From the NCBI GenBank assembly GCA_024682555.1, contig JAIKZD010000115.1, positions 10,628-74,627 of the forward strand: a DNA stretch of 64,000 nucleotides, written 5' to 3'. The translations under genes and the position numbers were made by a program. Source of the DNA: Lachnospiraceae bacterium (lineage in GTDB: Bacteria > Bacillota > Clostridia > Lachnospirales > Lachnospiraceae). Every line of letters starts with the position of its first letter. The first letter of the stretch is position 1. Under the pieces are notes generated by a model. That model saw only the letters and a list, made by a program, of their open reading frames with translations. It searched no databases and was not told where the DNA came from. Positions 48,144 through 56,483 of the stretch are shown here, piece by piece.

Positions 48144-49133
48144 ATGGCAGGAAAAAGGAGTGATCATTACAGCGGGATCGGCGGACAGGCGGTGCTTGAA
48201 GGAGTCATGATGAGAAACAAAAACCGTTATGCCGTAGCCGTAAGAACCCCTGACAATGACATAAACGTTGCGGTTGAGGAATACGTTCCCTTCGGACCCG
48301 ATAATTTCATCGCAAAGCTTCCCTTCATAAGAGGAGTGTTTGCCTTTATCGATTCCATGATCTTAGGCATTAAGACCCTTAATTATTCGGCTGCTTTTTA
48401 CGAGGAGGAGGATCTCAGAACAAAGAGACGCCAGAAGAAAAAGCTGCTTGACAGGATCCTCGGGGATAAGGCCGAAGGCTTTTTGAGCACGGTAACGGTA
48501 ATCTTTTCCCTTATACTGGCCATAGGGATCTTTATGCTGCTGCCTTATTTCATTTCCGACTTCCTGAGAAGATTCATAGTTTCCGATACCGTGATCGCAA
48601 TAACCGAAGGTGTTATCAGGATCGTCATTTTTGTGATGTATCTGCTGCTGATTTCCCTTATGAGTGATATAAAGAGGACCTTTATGTATCACGGGGCGGA
48701 GCATAAGTGCATCAACTGTATCGAAACCGGCAATGCGCTGACCGTTGAAAACGTGATGAGAGCCTCAAGACAGCATAAAAGATGCGGCACAAGCTTCATG
48801 TTTCTTGTGGTCTTCATAAGCATCATCCTATTCATGTTCATACGAGTGGAGGAGCCGGTGCTCAGGGTTGTCATAAGGCTTTTGCTCATACCTGTGATCT
48901 CCGGCATATCATATGAGATCATACGACTTGCCGGCAGATATGACAATTTTCTCATAAGGCTCATATCCTCACCCGGAATGCTGCTTCAGAAACTCACCAC
49001 CAGGGAACCGGACGAGAAGATGGCAGAGGTTGCCATTGCTTCCGTTGAGGCGGTATTTGACTGGAGGGCATACCTGCTTAAGGAATTCAGGATAGAGATC
49101 CCCTATGAGGAAGAAGTAGACTATTATGCTTAG
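48144..49133 (+). CDS. DUF1385-family membrane protein (YqhQ-like), commonly linked to prmC/prfA
   Basis: Shows IGGQAVLEGVMMRN, HGAEHKCI and RCGTSF motifs with 4-5 TM spans. Confidence 0.85.
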   Translation: MAGKRSDHYSGIGGQAVLEGVMMRNKNRYAVAVRTPDNDINVAVEEYVPFGPDNFIAKLPFIRGVFAFIDSMILGIKTLNYSAAFYEEEDLRTKRRQKKKLLDRILGDKAEGFLSTVTVIFSLILAIGIFMLLPYFISDFLRRFIVSDTVIAITEGVIRIVIFVMYLLLISLMSDIKRTFMYHGAEHKCINCIETGNALTVENVMRASRQHKRCGTSFMFLVVFISIILFMFIRVEEPVLRVVIRLLLIPVISGISYEIIRLAGRYDNFLIRLISSPGMLLQKLTTREPDEKMAEVAIASVEAVFDWRAYLLKEFRIEIPYEEEVDYYA

Positions 49134-49180
49134 CTCACCGGTCTCTTAAGATCCGGATTTATGAAAGAGACGGTACTTAT

Positions 49181-50017
49181 ATGACTTTGGGTAAACTGTA
49201 TTCGGAGGGCGCTTCTTTTCTGTCGGATGCCCTGAAGGAGGATGCCAAAACCGATGCAAGGCTTCTTTTGGAGCATGTTTTTTCTATAGACAGAAATTAC
49301 CTGTATCTGCATCCCGAGGCTTGCTGCGATGAAGATAAGGCAGACCGTTTTATGGAGCTCATAAAAAAAAGAGCTTCGCATATTCCTGTCCAGCATCTTA
49401 CAAATAAGGCTGATTTCATGGGCCTTGAATTCTATGTTGACGGGAATGTCCTTATCCCCAGGGCGGATACCGAGTGCGTTGTTGAGGAAGCGATGCTTGT
49501 GATAAGCGACGGCATGAAGGTGCTCGATATGTGCACGGGAAGCGGCTGCATCCTGATAAGCCTTATGAAGTATAAAAACGATATAGAGGGTGTTGCGGCG
49601 GATATTTCCGGGGATGCTCTTCTGGTGGCCGAAAAAAATGCAAAGCTCCATGGCTGTGACATAAATTTCGTAAAGAGCGATCTTTTCGGCTCTCTCGGTG
49701 ATGAGCGGTTTGATGCCATAATTTCCAATCCTCCGTATATAAGGAGTGAGGATATAGAAGGGCTGATGGAAGAGGTCAGGGATCATGATCCCTTTATCGC
49801 TCTTGACGGTCATGCCGACGGACTGTATTTTTACAGGGAGATTGGAAGAGAAGCCTTAAAGCACCTCCCGGCAGGCGGAAAGCTGATATTGGAGATCGGA
49901 TACGATCAGGCCGGTCCGGTATCTGAAATACTGAAGGATGCAGGGTATAAGAGTATCAGGGTAAAAAAAGACCTTGCGGGAAATGACAGAGTTATCCTTT
50001 GTGAAAGGGGACTGTAA
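49181..50017 (+). CDS. prmC: Release-factor glutamine N5-methyltransferase
   Basis: Shows VLDMCTGSGCI and IISNPPYI (NPPY). Its stop abuts the prfA ATG. Confidence 0.92.
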   Translation: MTLGKLYSEGASFLSDALKEDAKTDARLLLEHVFSIDRNYLYLHPEACCDEDKADRFMELIKKRASHIPVQHLTNKADFMGLEFYVDGNVLIPRADTECVVEEAMLVISDGMKVLDMCTGSGCILISLMKYKNDIEGVAADISGDALLVAEKNAKLHGCDINFVKSDLFGSLGDERFDAIISNPPYIRSEDIEGLMEEVRDHDPFIALDGHADGLYFYREIGREALKHLPAGGKLILEIGYDQAGPVSEILKDAGYKSIRVKKDLAGNDRVILCERGL

Positions 50018-51097
50018 ATGTTTGACAGACTTGATGATCTGGTACTTAGATATGAAGATATAATGAATGAGGTTTCGGATCCGTCGGTTCTTGCGGATCA
50101 GTCGCGCTATACCTCTCTCATGAAGGAGCAGAGCGATATAGCACCCATTGTTGAGGCCTATAAGGAATACAAAAAGAATAAGAGGAACATAGAAGACAGC
50201 CTTGTAATGCTTGAGAGCGAAAAGGATGAGGAAATGCGGGAAATGCTCAAGGAAGAGCTGTCCGATTCAAGAAAGAATGTCGAGAACCTTGAGGAAAGGC
50301 TAAAGATACTTCTGCTGCCTAAGGACCCCAATGATGACAAGAATGTGATCGTGGAGATCAGAGCCGGAGCAGGCGGTGACGAGGCGGCCCTCTTTGCTGC
50401 CGAGATCTACCGCATGTACGTTCATTACGCCGAAAGCAGACACTGGAAGGTGGAAACCATGGAAGTGGATGAGATAGGCATAGGAGGGATGAAGAGCGTT
50501 ACCTTCATGCTCACCGGAAAGGGCGCTTATTCCATCATGAAGTATGAAAGCGGAGTCCACAGGGTTCAGCGTGTGCCCGAGACCGAGTCGGGAGGGCGGA
50601 TCCATACATCCACCATATCCGTGGCGGTTATGCCTGAGGCGGAGGATGTGGATATACATATCGATGAAAAGGATATAAGGATAGATGTGATGCGTGCTTC
50701 CGGAAACGGCGGCCAGTGCGTAAATACCACGGATTCTGCGGTAAGGCTCACCCATTATCCCACAGGGATCGTTATCTATTCGCAGACCGAGAAGTCCCAG
50801 CTTCAGAACAAGGAGAAGGCTTTCGCCCTCTTAAGAGCTAAGCTCTTTGATCTTGAGCAGCAGAAGGCCCATGACGCCGAGGCGGAGCTTCGAAAGAGCC
50901 AGATCGGGACCGGTGACAGATCCGAAAAAATAAGGACCTATAATTTCCCTCAGGGAAGAGTGACGGATCACAGGATCAACCTGACCCTGTACAAGCTTGA
51001 CAAGATCATGGACGGAGATATCCAGGAGATCATCGATGCCTGCATAGCTGCCGATCAGGCAGCCAAGCTGTCAAAGATGAACGAAAACATCGCCTGA
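50018..51097 (+). CDS. prfA: Peptide chain release factor 1
   Basis: PET tripeptide (RVPETES, one substitution from the canonical PxT-type PAT recognition tripeptide of RF1) and GGQ ([16 protein letters not shown]). Confidence 0.97.
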   Translation: MFDRLDDLVLRYEDIMNEVSDPSVLADQSRYTSLMKEQSDIAPIVEAYKEYKKNKRNIEDSLVMLESEKDEEMREMLKEELSDSRKNVENLEERLKILLLPKDPNDDKNVIVEIRAGAGGDEAALFAAEIYRMYVHYAESRHWKVETMEVDEIGIGGMKSVTFMLTGKGAYSIMKYESGVHRVQRVPETESGGRIHTSTISVAVMPEAEDVDIHIDEKDIRIDVMRASGNGGQCVNTTDSAVRLTHYPTGIVIYSQTEKSQLQNKEKAFALLRAKLFDLEQQKAHDAEAELRKSQIGTGDRSEKIRTYNFPQGRVTDHRINLTLYKLDKIMDGDIQEIIDACIAADQAAKLSKMNENIA

Positions 51098-51122
51098 TCG
51101 GAAGAGCTTCGATCAGAATGTT

Positions 51123-52325
51123 TTATCGGAAGAGCTTTTTCAGATTTTCTCCGTAAGAAGGGTACACGATCCCCTTTTCGGTGACTATGGCACTTATCAG
51201 CGAGCTGTCGGTGATGTCAAAAGCGGGATTGTATACGTTTATATCATCCGGAGCCATCTTTTTTTCATACCACAGAGTAGTGACCTCATCTGCAGGTCTT
51301 TGCTCTATTTTTATATCGTCTCCGGCTGCGGTATTCATGTCTATTGTTGATGTGGGGGCAAAAACGTAGAAGGGCACGTTATAATGCTTTGCACACAGGG
51401 CTACCATGGAGGTGCCTATTTTATTTGCAACGTCACCGTTTGCTGCCACACGGTCACAGCCCACAAAGACGGCATTTATTTTTCCGCTTCGCATAAGGGA
51501 GCTGACCATGTTGTCGCATAACAGGGTCACATCCATTCCGGCTGAGGACAGCTCATAGGATGTAAGTCTTGCGCCCTGCAAAAGAGGCCTTGTCTCATCG
51601 CAGTATATCTTAAGGGAATATCCTCTTTCGTGCCCGAGATACATGGGAGCGGTGGCCGTTCCGTATTTTGAGGTGGCAAGCTGCCCCGCATTGCAGTGTG
51701 TCAGTATCCCGTCTCCCTTTTTTATGAGGGTAAGGCCGTTTTCACCGAGCTTTTTGCAGACCTCGGTATCTTCCTTTTTGATAAGGACAGCTTCATCACG
51801 GAGTACTTTAAGAAGCCCTGGGATGATCTGCCCCGTTTCTCCTGCCGGCTCTTCTTTAAAGGCCGGGCTTTCCGAACAGGCTTTCTGGTCAGGACCTGCT
51901 TCGCAGGAGCCTGTCAGATTTTTGTAAGTCTCGCAAAGCTTATCCTCCATGCGCTTAAGGGCCCAGGACAGATTTACGGCCGTGGGTCTTGCACTGTTAA
52001 GGTAAGCACCTGCCTGTCTGTATATACTTATAAACTCAGCCGGATCGGTCATGGCCCTGTTTACGGCCTCTTTTGATGCTCCGAAGGGGATGCCGGCTTT
52101 TCCGGCTGCAAGGTTTTCGGCAAAAACATACATTCCCATGGCGGCGGCCACTCCGATTGCAGGGGCACCCCGTACCCGAAGGGACAGGATCGCTTCCCAG
52201 ACGTCTTCAAGCTCGGTTAATTCAAGGATCTGCGTGATACCGGGCAGCAATGTCTGGTCGATGATCTTAAGAACCTTTTTTTCCTCATCAAGGTCGACTG
52301 TTTCATAGGACAAAATATCTGACAT
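51123..52325 (-). CDS. mtnA: S-methyl-5-thioribose-1-phosphate isomerase (eIF-2B alpha/beta/delta family)
   Basis: Shows LKIIDQTLLPG, LRVRGAPAIGVAAA, RPTAVNL, THCNAG, ETRPLLQGARLT and GCDRVAANGDVANKIGT. The SD GGAGG lies before ATG 52325; the track start 52355 is less likely. Confidence 0.9.
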   Translation of the reverse strand: MSDILSYETVDLDEEKKVLKIIDQTLLPGITQILELTELEDVWEAILSLRVRGAPAIGVAAAMGMYVFAENLAAGKAGIPFGASKEAVNRAMTDPAEFISIYRQAGAYLNSARPTAVNLSWALKRMEDKLCETYKNLTGSCEAGPDQKACSESPAFKEEPAGETGQIIPGLLKVLRDEAVLIKKEDTEVCKKLGENGLTLIKKGDGILTHCNAGQLATSKYGTATAPMYLGHERGYSLKIYCDETRPLLQGARLTSYELSSAGMDVTLLCDNMVSSLMRSGKINAVFVGCDRVAANGDVANKIGTSMVALCAKHYNVPFYVFAPTSTIDMNTAAGDDIKIEQRPADEVTTLWYEKKMAPDDINVYNPAFDITDSSLISAIVTEKGIVYPSYGENLKKLFR

Positions 52326-52451
52326 CTTACGTACCTCCAGACCGTATGATACCATATAATGCAGGGAAAAGAAAAATCAATTTCTAAATATCCCGAAAAT
52401 GCTATATAATATTCAATATAGATTTCTGACATTTCAACAGGAGTTTCTTTT

Positions 52452-54137
52452 ATGACAGGATTGTACAGTGAGAATTATAAGAAATTCGTAAGTATCCTCC
52501 AGGATGATTATCCGACCATGTCCGATCTGACTGACAGGCTGAATACAGCCTATGGATATATTGCGGAAGAATTAAAGATCGGAAGGATCAGTATCGATTT
52601 TTCCTCTCCGGGAAGTCCGGTCGAAGAGCCCTTCAGCGAACAGAAGGAGCATTACCGTTCGGAAGACGGGTATGAGGACGACCCCTTTGTGATCTTTTAC
52701 ATGGCAAGAACCGGGGAAACCTCGTCCTGTTCCTATTATCCCGTAAAGGGCTACCATTTCACGGAAGAAGACAAGGAAAACTTAGAATTTATCAATCAGA
52801 CGGTTAACGGCAATGTCGGCAGGGTCCATGTAATGGATCTTACCTGGAAAAGCCGGTTTATAGATCCCCTTACAAGGATCCCGAACTTCATAGGCCTTCA
52901 GGAAAAGATGAAGGAGCTGTTTGACAGGGGCATCTTTAGGGAATATGCGGTCGTCTTCACCAATATCAGGAATTTCAACTATTTTAACCAGCAGATGGGG
53001 GTTCCGGTAGGTGATTCCATAATGAAGATCTATGCGGAAAAGGTAAGTTCCTATTTGAAACCCGATGCAATGGTGGGAAGAGTAGGCGGCGATAATTTCG
53101 TCACAGTCCTTAAGAAAGCCGATCTCGATGAATATATGGCAAAGATCGCCAGGATAGAGATCAGGGTGAGAGCGGTGGCGGGTATTGAACGTACCGTCAA
53201 TGTGGAGACAAGAAGCGGAGTTTACCTGGTAAGTGAAGGAAAGACCTTTTCCGATGCCATGAACGGATCCAGCATAGCCGTTGAAAACGCCAAGAAGCTG
53301 AACAAAAAGAGGCTTGAGTTCAATACCAGGATGTTAGAGGTATCCGGAAGGGAGAGACTCATCATAGCGGCTTTTCCGAATGCCCTTAAAAACGGCCAGT
53401 TTGAGGCGTATTACCAGCCGAAGGTAAGCCTTATACATAAGACCATAGTCGGAGCGGAAGCCCTGGTCAGATGGAACAGGGACGGAAACATAATGCTTCC
53501 GGGAAGCTTTGTGCCTGCCCTTGAAAGACAGGGGGCCATAAAACCGTTGGATTTTCATATACTTACAAGAGTGTGTGAGGATATATACAGATGGCAGTCC
53601 ATGGGGCTTGAACCCGTCAGGATCTCCGTGAATTTTTCAAAGATGCATTTAAGGGACGAGAATCTTGCCCATGATATCATCAAAGTTGTCAGGGATCATA
53701 AGGTCGATCCCAAGTACATAGAGATCGAGCTTACAGAGACCACCGGGTATGAAGAAATGGAGGAAATGAAGAATTTCATCCGGATACTCAGAGAGAACGG
53801 CATATATACCTCTCTTGACGATTTCGGGACAGGTTACTCCTCTCTTAACCTGCTGACGGATTTTCCGGTCAAGGTTATCAAGATCGACAAGTCCTTTGTT
53901 GACAATATCAATAAAGAGGGAGCCCCGGACAGGATGATCATTTCGGCCATCTTAAAGCTCCTTGCTGAGCTTGATCTCGAGGTCATCGCAGAGGGCGTGG
54001 AAACTCCCGATCAGGCCAGAACCCTGTTAAACATGAACTGTTATAACGTACAGGGATTCCTGTTTGATAAGCCTCTCAGGGGGGATATCTTTATGGACAA
54101 GCTGAAGGAAGGCTATAAATATCAGGTGGAATTTTAA
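52452..54137 (+). CDS. c-di-GMP phosphodiesterase-type protein: degenerate GGDEF (GGDNF) plus an intact EAL domain
   Basis: The GGDEF site reads GRVGGDNFVTV. EAL motifs are GAEALVRW, ELTET, LDDFGTGYSSL, KIDKSF and EGVETPDQ. Confidence 0.88.
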   Translation: MTGLYSENYKKFVSILQDDYPTMSDLTDRLNTAYGYIAEELKIGRISIDFSSPGSPVEEPFSEQKEHYRSEDGYEDDPFVIFYMARTGETSSCSYYPVKGYHFTEEDKENLEFINQTVNGNVGRVHVMDLTWKSRFIDPLTRIPNFIGLQEKMKELFDRGIFREYAVVFTNIRNFNYFNQQMGVPVGDSIMKIYAEKVSSYLKPDAMVGRVGGDNFVTVLKKADLDEYMAKIARIEIRVRAVAGIERTVNVETRSGVYLVSEGKTFSDAMNGSSIAVENAKKLNKKRLEFNTRMLEVSGRERLIIAAFPNALKNGQFEAYYQPKVSLIHKTIVGAEALVRWNRDGNIMLPGSFVPALERQGAIKPLDFHILTRVCEDIYRWQSMGLEPVRISVNFSKMHLRDENLAHDIIKVVRDHKVDPKYIEIELTETTGYEEMEEMKNFIRILRENGIYTSLDDFGTGYSSLNLLTDFPVKVIKIDKSFVDNINKEGAPDRMIISAILKLLAELDLEVIAEGVETPDQARTLLNMNCYNVQGFLFDKPLRGDIFMDKLKEGYKYQVEF

Positions 54138-54156
54138 TTTTTTTAATGCTTTGGGG

Positions 54157-54213
54157 CGTTACGTAACGATAGTTTCGAATAGATTCCGGATGAGTTCCGG
54201 ACAGCTTCCGGAA
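54157..54213. promoter_or_regulatory. 12-bp perfect palindrome CGTTACGTAACG followed by three TTCCGGA direct repeats at an exact 11-bp spacing
   Basis: The palindrome lies at 54157-54168. TTCCGGA occurs at 54184, 54195 and 54206 (the last as the palindromic TTCCGGAA). The site is 55-110 nt upstream of ATG 54268. Confidence 0.4.
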
Positions 54214-54267
54214 TTACGAAAACCCTCATGATACGGGTGATCCGGGAAGAACAGGAATGGAGGTTTT

Positions 54268-54693
54268 ATGTATGGATTCAGACAGTGGCTTGACCGGATG
54301 AGATACCGGTTTGCCGCATTTATGACCGGCCGTTATGGCATGGATCAGTATAACCGTTTTCTCGGCGGAGCCGCTTTTTTTCTTATTGTCATAGGTTTCT
54401 TTGTGAAGGTTCTGCTGCTTGATGCCGCCGTGCTGGCTTTGATCGGATATATGTATTTCCGGGTCTTTTCAAAGAATATCCCCAAAAGATATGAGGAAAA
54501 CCGGAAATTTCTGAGTATATCGGGCAGGGTTACCGGTTTCATGGGGCAGAAGAAGAGAATGCTCATTGATATGAAAACCCATCATATCTATAAGTGTCCC
54601 ACCTGTAAACAGAAGATAAGGGTGCCGAGGGGGAAGGGAAGGATAGAGATATCCTGTCCGAAATGCGGGACAAAGTTCATAAAACAGAGCTGA
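54268..54693 (+). CDS. Small membrane protein with a C-terminal zinc ribbon
   Basis: One or two TM spans (AAFFLIVIGFFVKVLLLDAAVLALIGYMYF) and CPTCKQKIRVPRGKGRIEISCPKCG. The SD GGAGG lies 5 nt upstream. Confidence 0.75.
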   Translation: MYGFRQWLDRMRYRFAAFMTGRYGMDQYNRFLGGAAFFLIVIGFFVKVLLLDAAVLALIGYMYFRVFSKNIPKRYEENRKFLSISGRVTGFMGQKKRMLIDMKTHHIYKCPTCKQKIRVPRGKGRIEISCPKCGTKFIKQS

Positions 54694-54781
54694 AGGATGC
54701 TCCCCGGATTTTTTAAGGTAAGGATCATAACGGAGGTCGGAGAAAAGACCGGGGACGGAAGGAGGCAGACCGTTTTAAGAT

Positions 54782-55654
54782 ATGTTCGGATATATAGTTA
54801 CAGACCAGCCGGAACTGAAATTTAAGGAATTTGACATATACAGGTCGTATTATTGCGGATTGTGCAAGTGTCTGAAAAGGGAGCACGGACTGACCGGGCA
54901 GCTGTCCCTGAGCAATGATATGACCTTTGTTATTATGCTCTTAACCTCCCTTTATGAACCGGATGACAGGGAGGAAACGGTAAGATGCGTTCCCCATCCC
55001 TTTGAAAAGCATCCTGCAAGGACAAATATATACACAGAGTATGCATCGGATATGAATGTTCTCCTGACTTATTACAAATGCATTGATGACTGGAAGGATG
55101 AAAAAAAGTTCGGAAGATATTTATATGCCAAAACCCTGAAGGGAAAGATCGGAAAGATCGAGGAGAAGTACAGGGAAAAGGCCCTGTTCATTAAGGAGAG
55201 ACTCGAGACCATAGCCGAATATGAGGAAAAGAAGGAACCCCTTATCGATCTTCCGGCGGGAGCCTTCGGGGATATAATGGCCGAGATCATGTGCTACAGG
55301 CATGATGAGTGGGAGAAGGACTTAAAGGAATTGGGTTTTTATCTGGGTAAGTTCATTTACATCATGGATGCCTATGAGGATATGGAAAAAGATGAGAAAA
55401 AGGGCAATTACAATCCCATCAATATAAGGAACAGGATGAAGGAGGGTGAGGCCGGTTTTACCGATGTTAACAGCGACGGTTATGATGATGAGCTGATATC
55501 CTCCACGGAAAACATGCTTATGATGATGATGGGTGAGTGCGCCAGGGCTTTCGAGAGGCTTCCCATTATCCGGAACGTTTCCATACTCAGGAACATTCTG
55601 TATTCGGGAGTATGGTGCAGATATAATCAGATACGGAACAGGGAATCAAAATGA
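54782..55654 (+). CDS. Uncharacterised Cys-containing protein; resembles the family I recall as DUF5685 (unverified)
   Basis: Starts MFGYIVTDQPELKFKEFDIYRSYYCGLCKCLKREHG. Its stop overlaps the next gene's start (ATGA at 55651-55654). Confidence 0.75.
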   Translation: MFGYIVTDQPELKFKEFDIYRSYYCGLCKCLKREHGLTGQLSLSNDMTFVIMLLTSLYEPDDREETVRCVPHPFEKHPARTNIYTEYASDMNVLLTYYKCIDDWKDEKKFGRYLYAKTLKGKIGKIEEKYREKALFIKERLETIAEYEEKKEPLIDLPAGAFGDIMAEIMCYRHDEWEKDLKELGFYLGKFIYIMDAYEDMEKDEKKGNYNPINIRNRMKEGEAGFTDVNSDGYDDELISSTENMLMMMMGECARAFERLPIIRNVSILRNILYSGVWCRYNQIRNRESK

Positions 55655-56442
55655 ACAATCCATATACCACACTCGGGATTCCGGAAACGGCTACCGAGGA
55701 AGAGATAAAAAAAGCATACAGGGCACTGAGCAGGAGATATCATCCGGATGCCAATATAAATAATCCCAACAAGGCCCAGGCTGAAGAGAAATTCAAGGAG
55801 ATCCAGCAGGCTTATCAGCAGATAATGGACATGAGGGAAAAGGGATACACCAGTTATTCGAGCTATAACGACCGGTATGGAGCAAGAAGTAACGGCAGTT
55901 ATAGTACAGGACAGTCCTCATATGGAAACGGCGGCGGACCCAACTACCGGGAATTTGATTTCGGCGGCTTCGAGGATTTCTTCAGAGCCTTCGGGTTCGG
56001 CACTTTTACGGGCAATAACGGGGATTACGGTCAGGGCAGGAGAACGACCTCCGGCGGGGATGAAAGAAGCATTCACATGCAGGCCGCGGCAAACTATATT
56101 AATAACAGGCGGTATCAGGAAGCCCTTAACGTTCTTTCGGGAATAAATAACAGGGACGGCCAGTGGTATTATATGGCCGCCTATGCCCATTCGGGGTTAG
56201 GGAACAATGTACAGGCTCTGGAGTATTCCAGAATGGCCGTCAACCTGGAACCGGGGAATTCCCGGTACAGAGATCTGTATGAAAGACTCTCCTCCGTCGG
56301 AAATTACTACAGGGAAAGACAGAATGATTATTCGGGCACTTCGGTGGTTCCGAACAATATGTGTCTTAAATTCTGTTTCTGGAATCTTGTCTGCAATCTC
56401 TGCTGCGGCGGCGGCGGCATGTGCTACGGCGGCGGCTGCTGA
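55651..56442 (+). CDS. J-domain protein with a G/S/Y/F-rich linker, a TPR-like segment and a C-terminal cysteine string
   Basis: J domain with HPD (YRALSRRYHPDAN). TPR-like segment YQEALNVL...ALEYSRMAVNLEPGN. The tail MCLKFCFWNLVCNLCCGGGGMCYGGGC has 7 Cys in the last 26 aa. Confidence 0.85.
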   Translation: MNNPYTTLGIPETATEEEIKKAYRALSRRYHPDANINNPNKAQAEEKFKEIQQAYQQIMDMREKGYTSYSSYNDRYGARSNGSYSTGQSSYGNGGGPNYREFDFGGFEDFFRAFGFGTFTGNNGDYGQGRRTTSGGDERSIHMQAAANYINNRRYQEALNVLSGINNRDGQWYYMAAYAHSGLGNNVQALEYSRMAVNLEPGNSRYRDLYERLSSVGNYYRERQNDYSGTSVVPNNMCLKFCFWNLVCNLCCGGGGMCYGGGC

Positions 56443-56483
56443 TACATCTTGAAGGTAAGGATATATCGGGGACACAGGGGTTT

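Noticed and set aside
51098-51140. Direct 13-bp repeat ATCGGAAGAGCTT x2 between the convergent prfA and mtnA genes, considered as a bidirectional terminator
   Set aside because: It cannot form a stable GC-rich stem with flanking T/A runs. The second copy is simply part of the mtnA C-terminal coding sequence.
52326-52451. SAM riboswitch or T-box in front of mtnA
   Set aside because: Only ~125 bp is shared with a divergent gene. The mtnA SD lies within 15 nt of a -10-like element, which leaves no room for a structured leader.
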